A stretch of DNA of 27,582 nt from an uncultured virus (IMG/VR IMGVR_UViG_2663763270_000002) (IMGVR_UViG_2663763270_000002), one strand, 5' to 3'; positions 1 through 7,895 are shown, counted from the stretch's first letter. Notes: generated from the sequence alone by a model not told the origin. Numbers and translations are program-made.

Positions 1-140
1 TCGGCCATGTCGGGCCAGCCCGCGGCTCGCATTCGCGCGTAGATATCGGCGTTCGCGAAGCGGGTGCCCGCGGGCAGGTCGCGGATCAGCTTTTCCGCGC
101 GTTCGAGGTAGGCGAAGTCGGGGGGTGCAGTGGCGGTCAT
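1..140 (-). CDS. Hypothetical protein, runs off the window start (MTATAPPDFAYLERAEKLIRDLPAGTRF...)
   Basis: ATG at 140 overlaps the stop of the upstream gene (ATGA); frame is open to base 1. Confidence 0.75.
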   Translation of the reverse strand, partial: MTATAPPDFAYLERAEKLIRDLPAGTRFANADIYARMRAAGWPDMA

Positions 141-439
141 CGCAGCAGATCCTGTTCATCCTCGAAGTAGGTGACCCGCGGCTCAGATGCCTCGACGAGG
201 ACGAGGCGGCGGGCGTGGGTGATCCAGTTGGGTGAGATGTGTGAGCCAAGACCGAACCCCGCGGGTGGAAGCAGCTCGAACAATCGGTGCCCGTCCGTGA
301 CGTCGTGCGGCAGCACCATCGCCAGGCAGTGGGTGAATGACCTGCCGTACGGGTATTGGCCGCTGATGTCCCAGATAGACTGGGGTTCTGCGGTCAGCCA
401 CGGCTTGCGTACGAGCGTGAGCATGTCGCGATCGGTCAT
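137..439 (-). CDS. Hypothetical phage protein (100 aa)
   Basis: ATGA overlaps at both ends; globular composition. Confidence 0.75.
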   Translation of the reverse strand: MTDRDMLTLVRKPWLTAEPQSIWDISGQYPYGRSFTHCLAMVLPHDVTDGHRLFELLPPAGFGLGSHISPNWITHARRLVLVEASEPRVTYFEDEQDLLR

Positions 440-663
440 TGGTCATCTCCTACGATTTGCCAGACGCCGTATTGGACGCGGCGTTTCTCTACGACGACGG
501 CGAATCCGGCCTTTCGGAGCCCGTTGCGTTTCTCCCGCCACAGCGCCGAGTCGGAGAGAAGCACGTACTCCTCCCCCGTGCCGGGGTCGAGGTAGGTGAT
601 CCGGTATTCGTCACGTGACGTCGCAGGCGAGGACGGCGGCGGTGTTACGGATTCGCTGTTCAC
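436..663 (-). CDS. Hypothetical phage protein (75 aa)
   Basis: GTG at 663 overlaps the upstream stop (GTGA). Confidence 0.7.
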   Translation of the reverse strand: MNSESVTPPPSSPATSRDEYRITYLDPGTGEEYVLLSDSALWREKRNGLRKAGFAVVVEKRRVQYGVWQIVGDDQ

Positions 664-1127
664 GCGTTCACCGTCCGAAGCCCGCCGGTCTTGGACCAAC
701 GGTCATGCATGACCAGGCTCCCGGCGACGGCCACGTTCAGCGACCACGGCGACGGGGACGGGATCTGCACGACGTGGTGGCAGCGGTCGAGCACGGCAGC
801 GGGCAGCCCGTGATCCTCGGCGCCGAGCAGGTACAGCGCGCGGACCGGGTGGGGGAACTCGTGGAGGGAGACAGCGCGGTCGTCGAGTTCGACCCCGACG
901 AGCGGGCAACCGTACGGCAGGTGTGCGATCAGGTCGTCGATGTCGTGGTAATGGTGCAGTGGGATCGCGTTGTGCGCTCTGCACGTGTCGGAGGCTTGCG
1001 GCTTGTACCGCGATCCGATGGTGGCGAGCATCGACGCCTGATACGTCATCGCGGACCGCCACAGCGTGCCGACATTCACTTCATGCTTCGGATGCCACAC
1101 GGCGACGCCATAGAATCCTGTCGTCAT
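660..1127 (-). CDS. SpoU/TrmH-family (SPOUT) RNA 2'-O-methyltransferase, minimal single-domain TrmL-like form
   Basis: Motifs NVGTLWRSA, LLGAEDHGL and SLNVAVAGS; ATG at 1127 overlaps the RusA stop. Confidence 0.9.
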   Translation of the reverse strand: MTTGFYGVAVWHPKHEVNVGTLWRSAMTYQASMLATIGSRYKPQASDTCRAHNAIPLHHYHDIDDLIAHLPYGCPLVGVELDDRAVSLHEFPHPVRALYLLGAEDHGLPAAVLDRCHHVVQIPSPSPWSLNVAVAGSLVMHDRWSKTGGLRTVNA

Positions 1128-1561
1128 GATGCCGCCTCTTCCGTTGTGCTGTAGGTGATTTCGATCCACATGCGCCCGCCTTCGCCCTTCACGGCTGGGT
1201 GGATGAGCGGTTCCGGCTTGGCCATCCACTGCGGGGTGTCGTCGAGCACGAGCCCGTACCCGGGTACCGTGCCGCGTTTGGATGCGCGCGAAACGGTGAG
1301 GGCGTCGGCGATCGGTTTGAGCGTCGCGACGAGGTTGTCGGTGTCGCGGCGGCGGTTGTCGCGCGGCTGATAGTGCAACTGCACTGCGGCGTGCGCGACG
1401 AGCCGCGGGAGCTTGGCCTGCGTGGCGAGAGCGATGATGGTTTCGCGGATCTCGCGGGTTTTCGCAGCTTTCGCCATCGCGGCGCCGCGCGTGTACCCGC
1501 GGTCGTTCATCGACAGCGGCGGCGACGTCCACGGCAGATCGATACGCACCAGGGCGGTCAC
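1124..1561 (-). CDS. rusA: RusA-like Holliday junction resolvase
   Basis: PPLSMN; RRRDTDNLVATLKPIADAL; GLVLDD acidic catalytic pattern. Confidence 0.85.
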   Translation of the reverse strand: MTALVRIDLPWTSPPLSMNDRGYTRGAAMAKAAKTREIRETIIALATQAKLPRLVAHAAVQLHYQPRDNRRRDTDNLVATLKPIADALTVSRASKRGTVPGYGLVLDDTPQWMAKPEPLIHPAVKGEGGRMWIEITYSTTEEAAS

Positions 1562-1809
1562 AGTGGCCTCCAGGTGAGGTAGTCGGCGAGCTGGGTGAAG
1601 GCTTGTTCGCAGCCGCCGCAGTTGATTGGTATGGGGCGTGGGAATCGGTCGGCGATGGCGGTGAGGCAGGCGCGGCAGGCGAACGCCTGGTGGCAGCCGT
1701 GCCAGTCGGCCCAGTAGTCGGCGGTGGGTGCGGGGGCGAAGGGGCCGAATTCGTGGATGCGGCTGTCGCAGGTAGGGGTTTCGAGTTTCGGCAGGTCGTG
1801 GATGGTCAC
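1558..1809 (-). CDS. Small Cys/His zinc-binding protein, paralog 3 of 3
   Basis: C-x4-H...W-x3-HGC-x5-CxxC...CxxC-x11-T-x2-PL; GTGA overlap. Confidence 0.8.
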   Translation of the reverse strand: MTIHDLPKLETPTCDSRIHEFGPFAPAPTADYWADWHGCHQAFACRACLTAIADRFPRPIPINCGGCEQAFTQLADYLTWRPL

Positions 1810-2075
1810 AGCGGCCTCACCGTGATCATGTCGTCGATGGCGCGGGCCACCGTGCCGCAGTGCACGCATTCGAGCTCCCAGCCGTTGCCGAGCCAGAACC
1901 GAAGCTTGGCCATCAGCCGGTTCAGGCAGGTGTCGCAGGCGAGGAAATCGTTGCAGCCGTGCTGGTTGATCCAGTGCCTCGCCACAGCAGGGGCGCCTTT
2001 GTGCTGGACGAGCCCACACATTGGTGTGTGGTCCAGTTCCTCTATCGAGGTGAGGGTTTCAGCAGGTGCGGTCAC
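1806..2075 (-). CDS. Small Cys/His zinc-binding protein, paralog 2 of 3
   Basis: Same motif as both neighbours; GTGA overlap. Confidence 0.8.
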   Translation of the reverse strand: MTAPAETLTSIEELDHTPMCGLVQHKGAPAVARHWINQHGCNDFLACDTCLNRLMAKLRFWLGNGWELECVHCGTVARAIDDMITVRPL

Positions 2076-2344
2076 AGCGGCACCACCGTGACAGCGACCA
2101 TCCAGGACGGGAACGCGACCATGCATAACGAGCACTTGAAACGGCCCAACATCCGGTCGCTGTCGGCGTGTGACGTGCGCAGGATCTCAAGGCACTTGCT
2201 GCACATCACGCACTCGTCGCAACCGTGCGCGTCGATCCAGAAGTCAGCGCGCTGATGCGGACCAACATGGAAGCTGCTTCCACATTCCAGCTCGTACTCC
2301 AAGGATGCGATGCTGTCGGTGCGTTCGTGGGTGTGGGTGTTCAT
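2072..2344 (-). CDS. Small Cys/His zinc-binding protein, paralog 1 of 3
   Basis: Same motif as the two downstream genes; ATGA overlap. Confidence 0.8.
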   Translation of the reverse strand: MNTHTHERTDSIASLEYELECGSSFHVGPHQRADFWIDAHGCDECVMCSKCLEILRTSHADSDRMLGRFKCSLCMVAFPSWMVAVTVVPL

Positions 2345-2658
2345 GCGGGCCTCCGTTGTGGCTCAGGAGTGGATGTGGTGTGCCAGTGCTGCCCCGACGG
2401 GCACCTGTAAGTGGCCGAAGGGCGACGGCCCGGATACGCGTTACGGATCTGGCGGCGGATCGCGTTCTCTGCCTCCACGCGAGTCCCGTACCGCTTCTTC
2501 CGCGGGTGTGGGCATTCCGGTTTCGAGGCGCGGATGCGGTGCATGTACCAGCCGAGCCGCGCCGCTTCGGGTGTCGACGCTTTGAACCGGTCACCGCACT
2601 CGCAGGCCGCCACATGCGTGCAGCCTTTCAATCGGATGCTGGCCAGTTCGTGGGTCAT
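2341..2658 (-). CDS. Basic zinc-finger-like phage protein
   Basis: CECG..H and CP..KKRY...YRCP...WHTTS patterns; overlaps at both ends. Confidence 0.75.
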   Translation of the reverse strand: MTHELASIRLKGCTHVAACECGDRFKASTPEAARLGWYMHRIRASKPECPHPRKKRYGTRVEAENAIRRQIRNAYPGRRPSATYRCPSGQHWHTTSTPEPQRRPA

Positions 2659-3002
2659 GCCGCTATGTCCTCCCGCGTGAGCAGCGCGTCCTGGACGTCG
2701 GGGCCGGGCTCCTTGTCGGGGTGGATGCGGCCGGCCCAGATGACGCCTTGGATGTGGATGCGTTCACCGGTCCACGGGTTGCGGTCGATGCCGCGGAGGA
2801 CACGTTCACGTTTTTCCTGGCAATGGGTGAGGGCTGGGCAGGTTTGGCAGAGGCGGACGATGCGGGTGTGGCGGGCTCGTTGCTGGGCGGGGGTTTCGGC
2901 GGGGATGTAGTAGTCCCACGGGTGGGTGTGGGTTTGGCGGGAGCGTTCGAAGACGGCGGGTTGGGTGCAGGGGGCGTTGGTGTAGGGGGTGGGGTGTTTC
3001 AC
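2655..3002 (-). CDS. whiB: WhiB-like (Wbl) Fe-S transcription regulator, divergent
   Basis: C-x39-C-x2-C-x5-C followed by GVIWAG; GTG at 3002 overlaps the upstream stop. Confidence 0.7.
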   Translation of the reverse strand: MKHPTPYTNAPCTQPAVFERSRQTHTHPWDYYIPAETPAQQRARHTRIVRLCQTCPALTHCQEKRERVLRGIDRNPWTGERIHIQGVIWAGRIHPDKEPGPDVQDALLTREDIAA

Positions 3003-3115
3003 GCGTTCACCGCCGTTGCGGCGATGATGGTGGCGGCGAGGGCGCCGATGATCACGAGCGGTACAGCGGCGATCCACGCGAGGGCGTGGAGGGCGCGGCG
3101 TGCGTTTGGGGTCAT
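2999..3115 (-). CDS. Small single-pass membrane protein (38 aa)
   Basis: AAGGA RBS before ATG 3115; hydrophobic ALAWIAAVPLVIIGALAATIIAATA. Confidence 0.7.
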   Translation of the reverse strand: MTPNARRALHALAWIAAVPLVIIGALAATIIAATAVNA

Positions 3116-3165
3116 TTGCTGTGTCCTTGCTATACGCTGGATCAAAGCTTGAGTGTCTATCCGAA

Positions 3166-3194
3166 ACTGTAGTGTCGATGCTATGCGAACGCAA
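3166..3194 (-). promoter_or_regulatory. SigA-type promoter TTGCGT-N17-TACAGT
   Basis: Hexamers read directly in an AT-rich gap just downstream of a terminator. Confidence 0.6.
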
Positions 3195-3206
3195 TAGTGC
3201 GACCAC

Positions 3207-3238
3207 AAGAATGGGGGCGAGGATTTCTCCTCGCCCCC
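3207..3238 (-). terminator. Intrinsic terminator
   Basis: GGGGGCGAGGA-GAAA-TCCTCGCCCCC perfect 11-bp stem followed by ATTCTT. Confidence 0.75.
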
Positions 3239-3257
3239 TTCCCGGGTCACACAGGTT

Positions 3258-3443
3258 TCAGTTGTGGTGGTGTAGCTGCCCCCAGGCGGTCACACAGTGA
3301 CCGATCAGTTCGCGGATCTCGCGGTCGTCGAGGCTGATGGTGACGCGGCGCCCGTGGTCGTTGATGTGGAGTAGCGCGTACATGCCGGTGTCGGTGGTGG
3401 CGGTGCCGAGTTCGATGGTGGCGTTGGTCGCGGTGCGGATCAT
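3258..3443 (-). CDS. Hypothetical protein (61 aa)
   Basis: ATGA overlap; last gene before the terminator. Confidence 0.7.
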   Translation of the reverse strand: MIRTATNATIELGTATTDTGMYALLHINDHGRRVTISLDDREIRELIGHCVTAWGQLHHHN

Positions 3444-3706
3444 GCGGCGACCAGTTTCTTGCGGCGTGGTTTCCGGGCGGTGCGCGCCTTGGCGAGGATG
3501 CGTTTCCGTTCCCGCCGAGCTGCCTGCAACGGCGTGACTGCGGGTGGGCCGTCGGTTGCTTTCCGGATGGCTGCGAGCGCGTGGAGGGCTTGCACGTAGT
3601 CGCGGATTGCTCGGTCGCGGTCGGCGGGGTTGGCGCGGTCGGCTTGTTCGGCGAGGTCTTCCACGACTTGGTAGGAGCGGGATGTGTACCCGCCGACGGC
3701 GCTCAC
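3440..3706 (-). CDS. Hypothetical protein with basic C-terminus (88 aa)
   Basis: Overlaps at both ends. Confidence 0.7.
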   Translation of the reverse strand: MSAVGGYTSRSYQVVEDLAEQADRANPADRDRAIRDYVQALHALAAIRKATDGPPAVTPLQAARRERKRILAKARTARKPRRKKLVAA

Positions 3707-4074
3707 GACCCGGTCTCCATCATGTCGGCGGCGAGCGCGTCGAGGATGGTGGTTTCGTAGGCGGCGTTGATGTCACCGAGCCAGTCGATGGCGTCTTGTT
3801 CGCTGCATGTGAACAGTCCGCAGGCTTCTTCGTCGGCCATGCCGAGGAGGCGGGCGGCGAGTTCTTCGGTGTCGTGCAGGGCGCCGGTGCGGAAGTCGAT
3901 GGATTGGAAGCCGTCGGTGAGCGGGTTGCCGGTGCGCAGGAGCGCGTATTCGCCGTGGATGCGGATGGTGTGTCCGGCGATGCAGGTCATCCACGAGGAC
4001 TGGTTGTGTTCGATCGGGTAGCGAACGAGGTGGTCGTACACTCGGCGGATGAGGGGGATGTTGTAGGTGGTCAT
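3703..4074 (-). CDS. Hypothetical phage protein (123 aa)
   Basis: AAGGA RBS before ATG 4074; HNQSSW..CIAG motif. Confidence 0.75.
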   Translation of the reverse strand: MTTYNIPLIRRVYDHLVRYPIEHNQSSWMTCIAGHTIRIHGEYALLRTGNPLTDGFQSIDFRTGALHDTEELAARLLGMADEEACGLFTCSEQDAIDWLGDINAAYETTILDALAADMMETGS

Positions 4075-4207
4075 CAGATTTCCTTGATTCGGAGGGGTCG
4101 GGCGATCCAGGCCGGGACGGCGATCACGTCGCCGCATTCGCGGCGACGGCTGGGCATGAGGATGTCGGGTCATCGTTTGTCCGGTTTGATCGAAGTGGTT
4201 GGTAGGG

Positions 4208-4247
4208 GCGGCGCCCGAGAGATGTGGGGGTCGATCTCGGGCGCCGC
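4208..4247. other. Perfect 13-bp inverted repeat (hairpin) downstream of the RNase H gene
   Basis: GCGGCGCCCGAGA-N14-TCTCGGGCGCCGC, no U-tract. Confidence 0.55.
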
Positions 4248-4317
4248 GCTCCTCCTCCTGGCCCGGCCGCACGGCGCGCTGTCCATTGGGTGGTCACCGC
4301 GGCGGGGTCGGAGGCTT

Positions 4318-4968
4318 TCAAGCGGCGACCGCGAGCTTGTTGGGGTCGTGGATCGCGTACAGGAAGGCTGCCGCGACGCTGGCCGCTCGTTCCCCGAGCA
4401 CGTACTCGTCACCGGGTGAAGTCAGGGCGGTACGGGCGATGGTGGCGAGGGTGTCGGCGGCCTCGTTCATCAGGTGACCGCTGTGTCCCGCGACGTGCAC
4501 GAATTTCAGATCGGTGCGGCCCGCGATCTGGTGGGCGTACCGGACGAGGGCAGGTGTGGCGTCACCTCGCACACGCGGGCGGAGGCTGTAGCCGCGTGGC
4601 ATGCGGTCGGTGTGGCCGGCTTGCCATGAGTGGAGGTGGTCGATGGCGGCGGTGGAGTCGATGAGGAATTTGATCGCGCGTCCGGGGAAGTGTTCGATGA
4701 CGAGTCCGACTGCGCGGATTTCGTTGACGAGGGAGCCGGTGCCGTGGTCACGGATTGCGGCGAGCCGCCCTCGCCCGGAGTGGCGGGTGGCGAGTCCCCA
4801 GTAGCCGTTGCGGGTGAAGTATCCGAATCCGCCGATGCCGTGTTTGTAGCTGGCGTCGGTGGCGACGATGAGCCGGGTGGACGCGCCCGCGACGCGGATG
4901 TGTCCGTGGATCCCGCGGTGGGCGTCGTAGGCGCGGCCTCGCTGGCCTGTGTGGCTGGACTGGATCAC
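4318..4968 (-). CDS. Ribonuclease HI-like protein
   Basis: VATDAS, NEIRAV, LIDS and HVAGHSGHLMNEAAD give the full D-E-D-H-D set of RNase HI. Confidence 0.85.
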   Translation of the reverse strand: MIQSSHTGQRGRAYDAHRGIHGHIRVAGASTRLIVATDASYKHGIGGFGYFTRNGYWGLATRHSGRGRLAAIRDHGTGSLVNEIRAVGLVIEHFPGRAIKFLIDSTAAIDHLHSWQAGHTDRMPRGYSLRPRVRGDATPALVRYAHQIAGRTDLKFVHVAGHSGHLMNEAADTLATIARTALTSPGDEYVLGERAASVAAAFLYAIHDPNKLAVAA

Positions 4969-5003
4969 GACAGAACCTCGTTTAATCCGTGGTAGTAGCT
5001 CAT
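4965..5003 (-). CDS. 12-aa mini-ORF (MSYYHGLNEVLS) bridging two genes
   Basis: Start overlaps the upstream stop (ATGA); stop overlaps the RNase H GTG (GTGA). Confidence 0.45.
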   Translation of the reverse strand: MSYYHGLNEVLS

Positions 5004-5167
5004 GCTGCGTCTCTTTCGATTTGGTCGGCGACGGCGGCGACGAGGGCGGCGGCCATGCCCTGGTTCTCCCATCGCAGGTCGTGTTCGATCGCCCGCAATC
5101 GGTCGAGCGCGGTCGAAAGCTGCTCGCGGAGGTGCTGTTCGACCGGTGTCGGCTTCGGATTCGTCAC
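5000..5167 (-). CDS. Hypothetical helical protein (55 aa)
   Basis: GTGA overlap at 5164-5167. Confidence 0.65.
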   Translation of the reverse strand: MTNPKPTPVEQHLREQLSTALDRLRAIEHDLRWENQGMAAALVAAVADQIERDAA

Positions 5168-5352
5168 GACAGATCCCCGTCCTCGCAGGTGTGGCCGTAG
5201 ACCACCTGGCGGGCGTCGTTTGCGCCGAACGGGCCGTCGAGGATCAGGTCGTAGGCCATGCTGGTGCGGAATCCACAAGGGGTGTGGATGAGGTGGTGGA
5301 GAGCGGACCAGCCGGAGGCGCGTGCAGCGGTCCAGTCAGCGGGCAATCTCAT
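5164..5352 (-). CDS. Hypothetical protein (62 aa)
   Basis: AGGAG RBS; ATGA overlap. Confidence 0.7.
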   Translation of the reverse strand: MRLPADWTAARASGWSALHHLIHTPCGFRTSMAYDLILDGPFGANDARQVVYGHTCEDGDLS

Positions 5353-5588
5353 TGCGGCTCCTGGTGGTCGTGGAGGAACGCGTCGCACCGGTCGCGGAGT
5401 TCGGCGACTGCGGCGGTGGGGAGGTCAGCGCGGATGGCGTGGCAGGGGGTGTCGGTGAGCCCGACACGGATGGACATCAGGTCGGAGCCGTCTTCGACGC
5501 CGACCTCGACGCTGTATCCGGCGTGGTCGACCAGCGGCGCGGCACCGTAGTGGGTGACACGGTGGACATCGTCATGACGGGTGATCAC
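5349..5588 (-). CDS. Hypothetical protein (79 aa)
   Basis: GGAGG RBS before GTG; fills the operon gap. Confidence 0.7.
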   Translation of the reverse strand: MITRHDDVHRVTHYGAAPLVDHAGYSVEVGVEDGSDLMSIRVGLTDTPCHAIRADLPTAAVAELRDRCDAFLHDHQEPQ

Positions 5589-5592
5589 GCGG

Positions 5593-6177
5593 TCAGACCT
5601 CCCTCATGTACTGCGAGATCAGGGAGTTGATGGCAGGAAGAGCCGTGGTCCGAAACCACAGGTCCGCTTCCAGACCAGCTGCGCTCAGCGTGTCCAGATT
5701 CTCGATGCCGGGATGCCACCTGGCGTCGAACTCGTTGTACCAACGCATCTCGATGCCCATCTCCGACAGCGCCTTGTGCATGAAGGTGATTGCGCGAGCG
5801 TGCAGGGCGGAGCAGCCCAACCCCTCTGGACTTCGGTACCCGTAGCCGGTGTCCCAACCGATCTCCAGCCAGCACGCTGGCGTGCACAGCCAGCGGGTGT
5901 CATCGGGCTCGGTGTCCTCGTCGTTGCCGTAGTAGTCCTCGGCGTACAGCGGGCCACCGGTTCGGAAGTCGCACTCGACGATGCCAGGAAGGCCCTGCCC
6001 GATGACCGTTCCGATGCACAGGACGCCGTCCCGCCCATAGTCCTCTGGCTCGTTGACCTTGGCGGTCTCGATGCGGTGCTCTTCACCCGCGGCCGTGCAG
6101 ATAGCGGACAACGCCAACTGGAAGGCGGCCTTCGGGTCGATCTTCTGGACGATCGCGACGCGCGTATGCAGGGTCAC
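5593..6177 (-). CDS. Hypothetical phage protein (194 aa)
   Basis: GTGA overlap; GQGLP, DTGYGY, GCSALHA and WYNEF motifs. Confidence 0.8.
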   Translation of the reverse strand: MTLHTRVAIVQKIDPKAAFQLALSAICTAAGEEHRIETAKVNEPEDYGRDGVLCIGTVIGQGLPGIVECDFRTGGPLYAEDYYGNDEDTEPDDTRWLCTPACWLEIGWDTGYGYRSPEGLGCSALHARAITFMHKALSEMGIEMRWYNEFDARWHPGIENLDTLSAAGLEADLWFRTTALPAINSLISQYMREV

Positions 6178-6512
6178 GCCGCCACCGCCTCAGGGAGCGC
6201 GTACACGAGGAACCACGCGTTGACCTTGATGTCGATGCCGGCGTCGTCGTCTACGCGGGCGTCCGCGAGGATCTCAGCGATCTTCTCCGCAGCGACACCC
6301 CAACTGAACGCCAGCTCCGCCACGTCACCGTCGTGCCGCCAGTAGGTGACGTGGACCGCGGCGGGACGGTTGCGGTGAACATCGCACCATGTGTCAGCGA
6401 AATCGCTTGCGTCCCAGTCGATGTCGAGGGTCACGCGGCTGTCGCCCACCGGGATCTTGAGGTCGGCGCGGACCCGGCCTGGGTCGACGTAGTCGTAGAT
6501 GAAGTAGCCCAT
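6174..6512 (-). CDS. Hypothetical acidic protein (112 aa)
   Basis: GAAAGG RBS before ATG 6512. Confidence 0.75.
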   Translation of the reverse strand: MGYFIYDYVDPGRVRADLKIPVGDSRVTLDIDWDASDFADTWCDVHRNRPAAVHVTYWRHDGDVAELAFSWGVAAEKIAEILADARVDDDAGIDIKVNAWFLVYALPEAVAA

Positions 6513-6526
6513 GATCGGCGCCCTTT

Positions 6527-6814
6527 CTAGGCTGCGAGGTCGGTGGCGAGCAGGTGGGCGGGGATGGTGACGGTGATCTGTTCGGCGTCGGACCAGGTGA
6601 GCTGGTCGACGGCTTCGACACCGTGGTCGAGGCAGTAGATGCCGCCCGCGACGATGGCGCCGCGGCCTTGGGGGGTGCGGGTTTCGGTGAGCAGCAGCGA
6701 CGGTTCGCCGCATTCGTCGCAGGTGTCGCCGAACAGGCGGGTGGCGCCGATGCGGCCGGTGACGCGGTCGTCGTTGGTGTCGAGGAACTGGCGGACCTGC
6801 TCGGTGATGGTCAT
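6527..6814 (-). CDS. Hypothetical protein with CxxC/CxxH (95 aa)
   Basis: ATGA overlap at 6811-6814. Confidence 0.75.
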   Translation of the reverse strand: MTITEQVRQFLDTNDDRVTGRIGATRLFGDTCDECGEPSLLLTETRTPQGRGAIVAGGIYCLDHGVEAVDQLTWSDAEQITVTIPAHLLATDLAA

Positions 6815-6930
6815 GCGGTCGCCTCGTGGAGGTAGATGCGGACGGTGAGTTCGCCGGTGTCGCCGCAGGCGCGGCAGCCCTGCCCGTTGCAGGCGTCGCA
6901 GATGACGGGCGTCCATTCGTAGTCGTCCAT
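6811..6930 (-). CDS. Small zinc-ribbon protein (39 aa; CDACNGQGCRACGDTG)
   Basis: GAAAGGG RBS; DnaJ-like CxxCxGxG repeats. Confidence 0.7.
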   Translation of the reverse strand: MDDYEWTPVICDACNGQGCRACGDTGELTVRIYLHEATA

Positions 6931-6982
6931 CGCGGTTCCCTTTCGGTGAGTTGATCCGGTGCCAGCCGGAAGTGTTGTTGTG

Positions 6983-7012
6983 ATCCTATACACAGGTTTA
7001 GTATCAATGCAA
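6983..7012 (-). promoter_or_regulatory. Putative promoter TTGCAT-N18-TAGGAT
   Basis: AT-rich divergent intergenic region. Confidence 0.5.
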
Positions 7013-7133
7013 TGCTGTGTGACAGATTCGAGACCACACACCCCTTCGACAGCCCCGGCCCGCGCCAGCTGTCCACGTCGATGAAGGAGACCCCGTTGAC
7101 CATCCCCACGCCGCCCGTGAAGGCCGGTCCGCC

Positions 7134-7439
7134 GTGACCGCCGGGAAGCCGCGACGCCGCGACGCCGACCGGCGACTCACGTTCACCCAATCCCCCGGAA
7201 CTGCCGCCTATGCCGCGAAACTCGCTGCTCAAACCGGGTTATCGCGCGCCGACCTGTACAACACGGCGATGCGGTTGGTTGAGACGGTTCTACCCGCCCT
7301 GGTCGATGATCGCGGGACCGGTGTTCGGTTGATCTTGCAGGATTTGGAGCCAGGAGTGCGGGCCGTGTTGGGCGACATCCTGGCGTCGATCCCGCGCAGC
7401 CAGGGACGTGCCGCCGGAGGCGATGACGCCGGCGAGTGA
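7134..7439 (+). CDS. Ribbon-helix-helix (CopG/Arc-like) DNA-binding protein
   Basis: RRLTFTQS beta strand, helix, AAQTGLSRADLYNTAM second helix. Confidence 0.65.
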   Translation: MTAGKPRRRDADRRLTFTQSPGTAAYAAKLAAQTGLSRADLYNTAMRLVETVLPALVDDRGTGVRLILQDLEPGVRAVLGDILASIPRSQGRAAGGDDAGE

Positions 7440-7473
7440 GATGAGCCGGCTACTGATTGTTGATTCAATACTG

Positions 7474-7502
7474 TTGTCTCCGTCGTACACTTGGTGTACT
7501 GT
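7474..7502 (+). promoter_or_regulatory. Promoter TTGTCT-N17-TACTGT with palindromic operator GTACAC-TTG-GTGTAC (7485-7499)
   Basis: Read directly, 35 bp upstream of the first cassette gene. Confidence 0.7.
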
Positions 7503-7536
7503 TCTAGTCATCAGCCACTCACCGAAGGAGCCCCCG

Positions 7537-7863
7537 ATGACCACCACCCTCTCCCCCGCCCGCGACACCGCCGAGGTCGACGCCCCCGACGCCGCCCTGG
7601 TTGACGTGCTCGGCCCCATCGCCCCGGCCGCGGTCGATCCCTGGACCGTTCCCGCCCCCGCCCTCTCGGGCTGGACCGCCCGCCACGACGGCTACGCCGC
7701 CATCGGCGCCGACGGCGTCCGCTACCACGTCACCCACTGGGGCGCCCTCTACGCCCTCATGGTGACCGCTCCCGGCGGCACCCCGGTGAAGGTCACGACC
7801 GGCCTCGCCGACGCGCTCCGCGCCCGCGCCACCGAGATCGCCACCGCCCGGCACACCGCCTGA
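7537..7863 (+). CDS. Hypothetical protein (108 aa)
   Basis: GAAGGAG RBS; strong C-ending codon bias. Confidence 0.8.
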   Translation: MTTTLSPARDTAEVDAPDAALVDVLGPIAPAAVDPWTVPAPALSGWTARHDGYAAIGADGVRYHVTHWGALYALMVTAPGGTPVKVTTGLADALRARATEIATARHTA

Positions 7864-7895
7864 CCCTCCCCCCTGCGCCTGGAAGGACCGCTCCG

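Noticed and set aside
610..622. GTCACGTGAC matching the origin palindromes
   Set aside because: A single copy inside a CDS 20 kb away, plausibly chance.
1128..1532. N-terminal extension of the SPOUT ORF
   Set aside because: It overlaps RusA out of frame and is Arg/Pro-rich; the coupled ATG is at 1127.
4075..4317. Short ORFs between RNase H and gene 4074
   Set aside because: Several competing frames, none with convincing coding signal; probably a decayed region.
3544..4419. 291-aa plus-strand ORF and similar long shadows (5581-6345, 24120-24995)
   Set aside because: They lie opposite well-supported minus-strand genes and have the biased composition typical of off-frame reads.
6513..7232. 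N-terminal extension of the 352-aa ORF 6174-7232
   Set aside because: It crosses two other genes and a promoter region; the real start with an RBS is at 6512.
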